Source: an uncultured delta proteobacterium
GTDB taxonomy: Bacteria > Desulfobacterota > Binatia > UBA9968
DNA: 64,000 nucleotides
Assembly (NCBI GenBank): GCA_963771465.1
Contig: CAVYTU010000014.1
Coordinates: 1 to 64,000, forward strand
Reading direction: 5' to 3'
Shown here: piece after piece, positions 10,284 through 19,028 of the stretch
How positions within the stretch are numbered: position 1 is the stretch's first letter
Layout: every line of letters starts with the position of its first letter
The notes under the pieces: generated by a model
Databases searched by the model: none
Seen by the model: the letters and a program-made list of their open reading frames with translations, nothing else
What the model was told of the DNA's origin: nothing
Program-made: the position numbers and the translations under genes

Positions 10284-11288
10284 CTACTTCGAGGAAAATT
10301 TCTTGAAGAAGCCTTCCTCCTCAAGTTTGCGTAAGAATCTCATATCGACAAAGTCCGCCGGATTTTTCGCCTTGAGCGACGGTTGCTTCTCGGCGAGGAA
10401 ATCCAGCACGAACCTGATTCCTTCGAGGGACGGCGCCAAATCTTGGTTCATCAGTTGGCCAAGGTTTTGTTGCGACTGAAGCAACGCCGGATCGTCCTTC
10501 GGCACGCGCATGAATTTAGCGACCACGGGGATCGTCAGCTCAGGCCGCGTCTTGTAAAGATAAATCGCTTCCGTCGTGGCGCGCAGAACATTGAGCATCA
10601 CGTCGGGATTGGCGTCGATGTATCGCCGGGTGCTCACCACTGAGATCACCGGAAAGGGAAACTCCAGTTTCGCGATATCGAAAATTTCCCGATAGCCCAA
10701 TTTTGCCGCCATGGTCGAAGTCGGCGCCGTCAGCACGCCGGCGTGAAACTTTCCCTGGGTCAATCCGGCAAGCACCTCGGGCGAACCGCCGGCCGTCACC
10801 AGCGAAACATCCTTGTTCGCAACCAACCCGGCATTCTTAATGAAAACCAATCCGGCGAAATAACTATTGCCACCGACGGCGCCGGCGCCGATCACCTTGC
10901 CGCGAAGATCGCCGATCTGTTTGATTTGCGGCGCGGCGTGGATTGCGAAGGTCAAGCGGCTGAATACCGTTCCCAGTATGGAAATTTCCGCTCCCTGAGA
11001 CGCCGCCGCTACCGCCGCGGCACCGCCCACTTGCGATACATCGACCGAACCGCCGAGCATCGCCTGGATCGGCCGCGAGCCGCTGACGTACACCAGCTCG
11101 GTTTCAAACCCACCGTACTTTTCGAAGAGTTTCAATTCATGGGCGATCCAAAACGGCGGATTGGCGTAAGCCAACGCGCTAAAAGCAAGGCGCAGCTTCT
11201 TAGGCTGCGCGGCGTCAAGTCGACAGGGTGACAAGACGGCAGCAGCGGCGAGAACGACAAGAATCAATTGGCTGATGCGTCGTAGCAT
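10284..11288 (-). CDS. SsuA/NMT1-type ABC substrate-binding protein
   Basis: Signal peptide, WIAHELKLFEKYG, DLRGKVIG, DFVDMRFLRKLEEEGF C-terminus. Confidence 0.85.
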   Translation of the reverse strand: MLRRISQLILVVLAAAAVLSPCRLDAAQPKKLRLAFSALAYANPPFWIAHELKLFEKYGGFETELVYVSGSRPIQAMLGGSVDVSQVGGAAAVAAASQGAEISILGTVFSRLTFAIHAAPQIKQIGDLRGKVIGAGAVGGNSYFAGLVFIKNAGLVANKDVSLVTAGGSPEVLAGLTQGKFHAGVLTAPTSTMAAKLGYREIFDIAKLEFPFPVISVVSTRRYIDANPDVMLNVLRATTEAIYLYKTRPELTIPVVAKFMRVPKDDPALLQSQQNLGQLMNQDLAPSLEGIRFVLDFLAEKQPSLKAKNPADFVDMRFLRKLEEEGFFKKFSSK

Positions 11289-11376
11289 GCGAGCTATGAT
11301 CGAGATTGATGGCAAGAGACATATTGGCAATTCGCGGAGCAGTCAAGGTGAATTCGCGTGCTTGTTCTTCTTGCGT

Positions 11377-11458
11377 TGTCATTCTGAGCCGAAGGCGAAG
11401 AATCGCGCCATCACACCATCCTAAAAATGCGAGATGCTTCGGTGCAATCAGCATGACA
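11377..11458. repeat. REP-like element with TGTCAT...ATGACA ends
   Basis: tgtcattctgagccgaaggcgaagaatc...gagatgcttcggtgcaatcagcatgaca, nested inverted repeats. Confidence 0.7.
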
Positions 11459-11476
11459 TCCATAGGACGTCGCACG

Positions 11477-12328
11477 TTATCGTTCCGTCTTTGCCGAGAG
11501 AATGGCTCGCGCCGAGGCGGCCACCTCGGCGATCAGCGCGCCCATTTTGGGATGGACCGGTTCGATATCCGGCTTGAGACCGAATTGCTCGAGCGCCTGC
11601 GTACACACCGGGCCGACGGAAGCGACGACGATCTTATCAAGCGCTAGACGCAAACCGCCGTCCGCTTTGTCATACGCGGCAACCTGAAACAGATGATCGA
11701 CCTGCGCGCCGTTGGTAAAGAGCGCGACATCGACATCTCCTTTGAGAATTTTCTCGATCGCCGAGTGCAGCGGCGCCAAATCTTCCGGCAGCGCCCAGCG
11801 ATAGATGGGAATCAGTGTCACGATGGCGCCACGGCTTTGCAGCGCGGCAGTGAGCTCAGGATTGGCAATGCCGTATTCTTGGATCGCGATACGCTTGCCT
11901 GGCACACTGAGGTCGGCATCGAGCGTCGAGAGGATTTCACGCCAGGTATTGGGCTCCGGCACGGTGACCGCCGCTTGCAGTCCCAATTCTTTTAACGCGC
12001 CGATCGGCTTTGGGCCGCGCGCAACGAGCTGAACTTTCCCAAGCGCGGCGACAATTCTTTCCTGGGCAAACTGCGTGAGGAGAATCTCATTGAGCGTCTT
12101 GGTGCCGACGCCGGTCATGAGGATAAGCATCTCGAACTCGCCCGCTTCGATGCGCGGCAACAGTTCAAGCGCAGCGCGGTTTTCGCTGAGCGCCACCTCG
12201 CGCATCGACGGCGCAACGATCGGCTCGCCGCCGTAACGGCGAATCAACTCCGCCATTTCCTTGGCGCGCCGGCTTTCGAAGGCGACTACTTTCAGTCCTT
12301 GCAAGTTATTTCGCTGGTTCGATTCCAT
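11477..12328 (-). CDS. hemD: Uroporphyrinogen-III synthase
   Basis: FESRRA, ARGPKP, YRWALP, FTNGAQV, SVGPVC; lies in the siroheme operon. Confidence 0.88.
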   Translation of the reverse strand: MESNQRNNLQGLKVVAFESRRAKEMAELIRRYGGEPIVAPSMREVALSENRAALELLPRIEAGEFEMLILMTGVGTKTLNEILLTQFAQERIVAALGKVQLVARGPKPIGALKELGLQAAVTVPEPNTWREILSTLDADLSVPGKRIAIQEYGIANPELTAALQSRGAIVTLIPIYRWALPEDLAPLHSAIEKILKGDVDVALFTNGAQVDHLFQVAAYDKADGGLRLALDKIVVASVGPVCTQALEQFGLKPDIEPVHPKMGALIAEVAASARAILSAKTER

Positions 12329-12355
12329 GAGATGAACTTGTACCCAATGAGAAAC

Positions 12356-12985
12356 TTACACCGGTACGCCCAATTCTTTCAGCAGCAAACTCTTCGCCCG
12401 CGCGATGTCGCCGCGCATCAGCAGCTGGCGCACCTCGCCGCTAAGCGCCCGACGCCAGGCCTCAAACGGCGAGCTTATTCCTTGCGCGCGCAACTCTTCG
12501 CGCACCTCCGCCGCCAGTCTCACCAGCATTTCGTACTCCTCGGTGAAATAAAGCTCCAGCTCTTCGCGGATCGTGCGCGCCAAGGCGGGACTTGTGCCGC
12601 CCGTGGAGACCGCGACGGTGAGATCGCCGCGGCGCAGCACCGACGGCAAGATGAAATCGCAGTGCATCGGATCGTCCGCAGCGTTGACCCAGACGGCGCG
12701 CTCACGACCCTCTTTATAGACCGCCTCGTTGACCGCGCCAACATCGGTGGCGACGAATGCCAACTCGGTATCGGCTAAATCTCCCTGCTGGTAACACCTG
12801 GCGATAAAATGAATGGATTGATTTCTTGACCAACGGGCGACGGTTTCGCTGGCGTCGGGGCTGATCACGGTCACATCGGCGCCCGCTTCCAATAGGCTAG
12901 CAATCTTGCGTTCGGCGACCGCGCCGCCGCCGATCACCAGACAGCGGCGCCCCTTCATTTCGAGATAGATTGGCAAGTAACTCAT
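12356..12985 (-). CDS. Precorrin-2 dehydrogenase / sirohydrochlorin ferrochelatase (SirC/Met8, CysG N-terminal part)
   Basis: YLPIYL, GGGAVAERK, VNAADDP, CDFILPS, STGGTSPALA. Confidence 0.92.
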   Translation of the reverse strand: MSYLPIYLEMKGRRCLVIGGGAVAERKIASLLEAGADVTVISPDASETVARWSRNQSIHFIARCYQQGDLADTELAFVATDVGAVNEAVYKEGRERAVWVNAADDPMHCDFILPSVLRRGDLTVAVSTGGTSPALARTIREELELYFTEEYEMLVRLAAEVREELRAQGISSPFEAWRRALSGEVRQLLMRGDIARAKSLLLKELGVPV

Positions 12986-13166
12986 CTGGACTCTTTGGCG
13001 AGCGGCCGGTCTCCGCAAGTATCGCGCTGTCTAAATCTAACCCGGCACAGGTGTCCCAGACAAACGATTCGTCGCCGAAATATTCTATTTCCTGCGCCCA
13101 GCGAAGCAGTTCCTCGGTTGCAAAGCGCTCTAGTTCGCCGCTAAACGCTTCTTCGGCTGGGGCCAT
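12897..13166 (-). CDS. Small hypothetical protein within the cys operon
   Basis: GAGGTG RBS before ATG; fills the cysN-sirC gap; overlaps the sirC start by 89 bp, so the 3' end is uncertain. Confidence 0.5.
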   Translation of the reverse strand: MAPAEEAFSGELERFATEELLRWAQEIEYFGDESFVWDTCAGLDLDSAILAETGRSPKSPDELLANLSRNEGAPLSGDRRRRGRRTQDC

Positions 13167-13191
13167 TTTTCACCTCGCCTCGGTCAGGTGG

Positions 13192-14461
13192 TCAAACAAT
13201 CATCCCGGCAGCCACGGTGTCGTGCGTCGCCTCGTCGATCAAGATGAATGAACCCGTGGCGCGGTTGCGCGCGTAGCTGTCAATCACCAAAGGCTGCAGC
13301 CCTTTGATGCCGACCCTGGCGATGTCGTTCATCTGCAAAGTTTTAAGCCCGCCGACCAGCTGTGAAGTATTGACATCGACCCGATGTTCGATGCGGGTGA
13401 GCCAAACTTTGACGGTCTTGGTGGCGTGTTTGACCCAATACTTGCGCCGGGTATCGAGCGGTTGTTCGCTGAGCCAGCAAATATCCGCGTTATACTCGTT
13501 GGCGACGTGCACGGAATCCGGCTCTTTAACGATCATATCGCCGCGCGATATGTCGATGTCATCTTCCAACAGGAGCGTCACCGATTGCGGCGCAAACGCA
13601 TGTCCCAACTCGCCGTCGAAAGTAAGAATCTGTTTGACCCGGGAAGAGCGCCCCGACGGCAGCACGGTGACGGCATCGCCGGCAGTTACCGTGCCCGATT
13701 CGATGCGCCCCATATAACCGCGGAAGTCGTGATACTCGGCGCGGCCCGGACGGCACACCCATTGGACCGGGAAGCGGAAATCTTCAAGCTTGACGTCGTG
13801 ATCGATTTCGATGTTTTCCAGCAGCTCCAACAACGGCGGCCCGTCGTACCATGGCATGTTCTCACTACGCTCGACGACCATATCACCCTGCAAAGCAGAG
13901 AGCGGAATATAAATCACGTCGCGAAAGTTCAAATCGGCGGCAAACTCGGCGAAGGCTTCGCGGATGTCGGCGAACACTTCACGGCGGTAATCCATCAGAT
14001 CCATCTTATTAATCGCGACCACGAGGTGCGGAATACGCAGCAAGCTCGCGATATAAGCGTGGCGGCGCGATTGGGTGAGCACGCCTTTGCGCGCGTCCAT
14101 GAGAATCACCGCGAGATTTGCCGTCGAAGCGCCGGTCACCATGTTGCGCGTATACTGCTCGTGACCGGGCGTGTCGGCGATGATGAACTTGCGTTTCGGC
14201 GTGGCGAAAGTACCGGTAGGCAACATCGATGGTAATTCCCTGTTCGCGCTCGGCCTGCAGACCGTCGGTAAGCAACGACAGATCGACGCCGTCAACGCCG
14301 CGCCGCCGCGAAGTCCGCTCCACCGCCAACAACTGATCTTCAAAGAGCGACTTGGAATCGTGCAGCAGCCGGCCGATCAACGTGCTCTTGCCGTCGTCGA
14401 CGCTGCCGCAGGTGATGAAGCGCAACAGCTCGCTCTGATCGTATTCAACTCTTTCAATCAA
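13192..14461 (-). CDS. cysN: Sulfate adenylyltransferase subunit 1, frameshift near 14208, no APS-kinase domain
   Basis: [29 protein letters not shown] in one frame; [26 protein letters not shown] in the next. Confidence 0.95.
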
Positions 14462-14475
14462 GCGAATTTTCTCCT

Positions 14476-14520
14476 TTAAACGACTTGAACTGCTTGAACG
14501 CCATGAACGATTTGAACCAG
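14476..14520. repeat. Five 9-nt tandem units (TTGAACnnn), copy 1
   Basis: ttaaacgac ttgaactgc ttgaacgcc atgaacgat ttgaaccag between cysD and cysN. Confidence 0.8.
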
Positions 14521-14548
14521 CCTTTTCAAGTCGTTTTTTCGGATAGGA

Positions 14549-15470
14549 CTAAAAGTATCCCTCTTTTTTCCGCAGCTCCATCGACGCATCCGAAGTCTGA
14601 TCGTCCATGCGCGTCGCGCCGCGCTCGGTGATCCGTGTTGCGGCGGTTTCAGCGATGATCGCCGCCAAAGTCGTCGCAGTGGACTGCACCGGACAGGTGC
14701 AGGTCATGTCGCCCACCGTGCGGAAGCGCACCGAAATCGATTCCACTTTTTCGCCGGCTTTGGGCTGAACCAATTCGTTGATCGGCATCAAACCGCCGGC
14801 ACGGCGAATCACTGCACGCTCATGGGCAAAATAAATCACCGGAATGTCGAGCCGTTCCTTGGCGATGTAGCGCCATACATCCAGCTCGGTCCAGTTACTG
14901 ATCGGAAAGACTCGGATATTTTCGCCGGGATGAACTCGGGTGTTGTAATGATCCCAGAGCTCTGGCCGTTGGTTCTTCGGGTCCCATTGGCCAAACTCAT
15001 CGCGAAAGGAAAAAATTCGTTCCTTGGCCCGCGCCTTCTCTTCGTCGCGCCGCGCGCCGCCGATACAAGCGTCGAGCTGCAATTCTTCGATGGCGTCGAG
15101 CAAGGTCACCGATTGGTGCACGTTGCGGCTCTCGTCGGGCGATTTCAGCACGACTCGCCCGCTGGCGATGGAGTCGCCCACCGAGCGGACGATCAGTCGC
15201 TCGCCCAACTCTGCCGCCCGCCGGTCGCGAAACTCGATCACTTCGGGGAAATTATGCTCGGTGTCGATGTGCAAGTAAAGGAAACGGAAAGCGCGCCGGT
15301 CGAAACGCCTTCTCGGCCAGCCGCAGCAGCACCAGCGAGTCCTTGCCGCCGGAAAACAGCAGCGCCGGATTGCGGCACTCGGCGGCGACTTCACGCAGAA
15401 TGTGAATCGACTCGCTCTCGAGCGTTGCCAAGTTCGAAAGCCCGCGACGCGGGCAGTTCGATGGGTTCAC
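14549..15470 (-). CDS. cysD: Sulfate adenylyltransferase subunit 2, frameshift near 15275
   Basis: [19 protein letters not shown], then [37 protein letters not shown]. Confidence 0.95.
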
Positions 15471-15476
15471 GGGATG

Positions 15477-16313
15477 CTAGCTCACGTCTAAATGATTCGA
15501 TGGCGTTGATTTGACCTTTGCGAATTCAACCCGATCCAATCCAAACCAATCGAGCTTGTTTGCCAAGCACACTACCTCGCCGACGACGATCAGCGCCGGC
15601 GCCTTGAGCGCGGCGCTCTTCTCGACGATGTCCGCCAGCGTCCCGATCACGGTTTGCTGCTGCTCGGTGGTGCCCCGGTGGATAACCGCCACCGGAGTTT
15701 CAGGCGCACGGCCATGGGCGACCAGCTTGGCGACGATCGCGGGCAAATTATGCAGTCCCATGAGAATGACCAGCGTATCGACCGCAGTTGCGAGTTTGGC
15801 CCAATCGATTGACGACTTAGATTTGACCGCTTCGTGCCCCGTGACCACCGCGAACGACGACGCGTAGTTTCTATGCGTGAGTGGAATCCCCGCATAGGCC
15901 GGAACGGCCACCGCCGAACTCACGCCGGGAACTATTTCGAAGGCAATGCCGGCGTCGGCCAGCGCTTCCGCCTCCTCACCGCCGCGGCCAAAGACAAACG
16001 GATCGCCGCCTTTCAACCGCACGACTTCGAAGCCGCGCCGAGCGTAGTTGATTAAAACCGAATTGATTTCGCTTTGGGCGATGCAATGGTGACCGGCTTT
16101 CTTGCCGACGAAGATTCGCTCGGCATGAACAGAAACATCTTCGAGCAGCACCGGATTGACCAGTTGGTCATAAACGACGACATGCGCATGGCGCAGCAGT
16201 CGCAAACCGCGCACGGTCATCAATCCCGGATCGCCCGGTCCCGCGCCGACGAGATAAACTTTACCAAATCGCATAACGTCGCTCTTAATGTTCCGTGTCA
16301 GCCGATCTCCCAT
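15477..16313 (-). CDS. cobA: Uroporphyrinogen-III C-methyltransferase (alternative start 16274)
   Basis: VYLVGAGPGDPGL, RLKGGDPFVFGRGGEE, GIPLTHR. Confidence 0.95.
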   Translation of the reverse strand: MGDRLTRNIKSDVMRFGKVYLVGAGPGDPGLMTVRGLRLLRHAHVVVYDQLVNPVLLEDVSVHAERIFVGKKAGHHCIAQSEINSVLINYARRGFEVVRLKGGDPFVFGRGGEEAEALADAGIAFEIVPGVSSAVAVPAYAGIPLTHRNYASSFAVVTGHEAVKSKSSIDWAKLATAVDTLVILMGLHNLPAIVAKLVAHGRAPETPVAVIHRGTTEQQQTVIGTLADIVEKSAALKAPALIVVGEVVCLANKLDWFGLDRVEFAKVKSTPSNHLDVS

Positions 16314-16627
16314 AATTCACCATCACCGGACGCCAATACCTGTCGGGCTTCCGCGGCAAACAAACCTCTGCCGAACAGTCCGACATCGACCGCCCACGCT
16401 CCGGCGCGAAGTTCCTCGCGATAGAGAGCCTCGGCGACGCGCGCTACCAGTGTCTCCAAAGGGATCTCTTCTGCGTGCGCGAGCAATTCCACGACGACGC
16501 TCTCGGCCGCTGTCGCGCGACGACGATCGGTGATTTGGCGCAATCGCACCTTCGTTGTCAGCTGCGCTCCAATGCCAATCGGGAATCTTGCCAGAAAGTC
16601 GTTTCGGAGTTGGTTCAGTGACATCAT
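16298..16627 (-). CDS. Hypothetical protein within the cys operon
   Basis: 109-aa ORF filling the tauE-cobA gap, co-oriented with the operon. Confidence 0.65.
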   Translation of the reverse strand: MMSLNQLRNDFLARFPIGIGAQLTTKVRLRQITDRRRATAAESVVVELLAHAEEIPLETLVARVAEALYREELRAGAWAVDVGLFGRGLFAAEARQVLASGDGELWEIG

Positions 16628-16649
16628 GACATCGCCTAAGCTCTCCGCA

Positions 16650-17504
16650 TCATCCTGCGGAATTAACTGCGATCGTTTGGCTCCGTTTGAAGTACACATA
16701 CAAAAGATATGCGTCGACGGCGCCAACAGAGAGCCAAACCCCGTAAGCTATTGGCGTAGCGAGCAGCTGCAGTACGATCAAAACCCTTGACAGGCCGAAG
16801 CCGACGATCCAAGCATCATAGCTCATGCAAAAACGTCGAAACGTCTCCGAATTGATCCGCTTGATCAAGAAAGATCCCAACGGCACGCCGAGCAAGACTC
16901 CAGGTAAAATCCAGAAAAACAGCTCGCTGCTTGCGGCGCTGTACACTCCTAAGAAGTAGTAGGCTATTGCCGCCAATACGGATTCGACGACACGAATCAG
17001 TGCCATGGCAGCTCGGAATTCCCCCTGTACCAATCCTTGGTTATTGAAGAGTAGTGCCAATGGCGGCCCCGAAATTGTCGTTACTGAATAGAGAAGTCCC
17101 ACTCCCGTACCCAACGGGACAGCCAACGCGCGCTCCGACTGTATCGGTCTGCGGATTCCTCCTGCCTGGAGCAATATCAACGGCAGCAGCATCAAATAAG
17201 TCGTCAACTTCAGCCAGTCAGGATTCCAATTCGCGAGAACGTAACTGCCAACGACGATGCCGGGTACAAGTGCCAATATCACTGGCGTTACCCGCTTCCA
17301 GACTTTCGGAAGATCGCGCCAGTTGAGGGCAAGCACGTAACCGTTGAGCACGATCGCAACGCAAACCAGCGCCGGGTTGAGCACCTTATTCGGAAAAAAA
17401 AGCAGTGCGATCGGGACCGTGAGTGATGAAAAGCCATAACCCACCGCACCTGTCACTGCCGCGGCAACAAATGTAATCAGCGCCAAAATTTCAAATTCCG
17501 ACAT
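16650..17504 (-). CDS. TauE/SafE family sulfite exporter / sulfur compound transporter
   Basis: GAVGYGFS, SGPPLA, about 8 TM segments; operon context. Confidence 0.9.
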   Translation of the reverse strand: MSEFEILALITFVAAAVTGAVGYGFSSLTVPIALLFFPNKVLNPALVCVAIVLNGYVLALNWRDLPKVWKRVTPVILALVPGIVVGSYVLANWNPDWLKLTTYLMLLPLILLQAGGIRRPIQSERALAVPLGTGVGLLYSVTTISGPPLALLFNNQGLVQGEFRAAMALIRVVESVLAAIAYYFLGVYSAASSELFFWILPGVLLGVPLGSFLIKRINSETFRRFCMSYDAWIVGFGLSRVLIVLQLLATPIAYGVWLSVGAVDAYLLYVYFKRSQTIAVNSAG

Positions 17505-18283
17505 CTTGCTTTTCACTTCCTGAGTCGATGCTCGTGTTTGCCGGTGCTTCGCTGTGAATATGGAGGCCGCATTCCTTGGTTTCAGGATTTTCCCACCACC
17601 AGCGCCCGGCGCGCAGATCGTCTCCAGGCTGGACCGCGCGCGTGCACGGCGCGCAGCCGATGCTCGGATAACCTTGAGTGTGCAGCCGATTGAACGGCAC
17701 GTTGTGGTCGCCAATGTATTGCCACACTTGATCGTGGCTCCAATCGGCCAGCGGATTGATCTTGACGATGCCGCCGTGATCTTCGTCGATCTCGACCTTG
17801 CCCACGTCGTTGCGGGTTACCGCTTGGTCGCGTCTGAGCCCGGTCATCCAGGCGCTTAAATCTTTCAGTGCGCGTTGCAGCGGCTCGACTTTGCGCACGG
17901 CACAGCACAGCTTTCGCTGTTCGACCGAGTCGTAGAAAAGATTGAGACCGTGCGTCCGCACCATGTCCTGAACTTTGATGGTGTCCGGGAAAAACACTTC
18001 CACGCTGACGCCGTAACGGCGGCGAATCGCGTCCATGCAGTCATAAGTTTCCTGGTTGAGCCGGCCGGTATCCAATGTGAAAATGCGAAAGTCCGCGCCG
18101 CGCAAACGCGTGCATCATATCGATCAGCACCGACTCTTCGGCTTGAAACGAACAGGCCAGCGCAACTTTCGGCGCAAAGTTATCCAACGTCCAGCGCAAA
18201 ATCGTTTCGGCGGAAGCCGGCTCGAGATCTGGCGCGATCGCGCCATCGACCGATTCTTGTGCGTTGAGCGAGGTCATGATCAT
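17491..18283 (-). CDS. cysH: Adenylyl-sulfate (APS/PAPS) reductase with 4Fe-4S motifs, frameshift near 18110
   Basis: LDTGRL, CCAVRKVEPL, SIGCAPCT, RAGRWWW, ECGLH; N-terminus in ORF 18041-18283. Confidence 0.95.
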
Positions 18284-18289
18284 CCTCAG

Positions 18290-18865
18290 TTAGTTGCGCG
18301 ACAAATTTTCCAACGCCTGGGCGATATCGAGGGCGGCCGTGGTTTTCACCCGCACGTTAAAACGCTGGCGCGATTCAGCGTCACGATCGACGAGCACCGG
18401 CGCGCCGCCGAACAACTGCGTGGCAACGCTTTCGACATCGCCTTTGATCGCATAGAACGACTCTTCGGAATTGGCACCGAGCAACCGATCGTTTAGCGAA
18501 ATCACCGCTTCGTTCGCGGCAAAACGCAGCTTGCCGCTGAGCGCCGGTTCGGCTTCGAGCTTGCGGCAATTTTCCAGCGCCGCGCGCAGCACGGCACGCA
18601 GCCGCTCTTGGTTCGAGCCGGCAAGCGGCGCTTTTTGACTGAAAAGCAAGCCGCGCCGATCGCCGCTTTCGTCGATGCTAATGTGCGCGTCGTGAGCGAC
18701 CAAAACGATGCCCGGCCCGGCTTGCATATGGCTGTAGTCGGCGACGTCGTGATAGACGCCATCGGTAGCCTGAATCCACGAGTGAAAAATCTCAATGAAA
18801 TCCGCCAGGGGAATCGCATTGGGTTGTTCGACGAATAATTTCACATTCAATTTTTGCAGTTCCAT
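18290..18865 (-). CDS. Hypothetical protein downstream of the sulfite reductase
   Basis: 191 aa, GGAG RBS, IFHSWIQ...DVADYSHM..GPGIVL; co-oriented in the operon. Confidence 0.8.
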   Translation of the reverse strand: MELQKLNVKLFVEQPNAIPLADFIEIFHSWIQATDGVYHDVADYSHMQAGPGIVLVAHDAHISIDESGDRRGLLFSQKAPLAGSNQERLRAVLRAALENCRKLEAEPALSGKLRFAANEAVISLNDRLLGANSEESFYAIKGDVESVATQLFGGAPVLVDRDAESRQRFNVRVKTTAALDIAQALENLSRN

Positions 18866-18919
18866 GTTCGCTCCAAATCGTCGCTGGGATCGAAATCCGC
18901 ATCCATTGCATTCGTTAAG

Positions 18920-18999
18920 AAAATCCCCCTTCATCCCCGTTTTTCAAAGGGGGAAAGAAATGACTGAGTTCTTTATGAAAGAGGGTTAGGGGAAATTTT
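18920..18999. repeat. REP-like palindrome (AAATCCCCCT...AGGGGAAATTT)
   Basis: Inverted ends plus inner hairpin ccccgttt-ttc-aaaggggg, inside the cys operon. Confidence 0.7.
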
Positions 19000-19028
19000 C
19001 TTCATCTGCGCCTCCTGCCCAGAATTCA

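Noticed and set aside
13192-18283. Programmed frameshifting in cysN, cysD and cysH
   Set aside because: No shared slippery motif, and similar indels occur in unrelated genes
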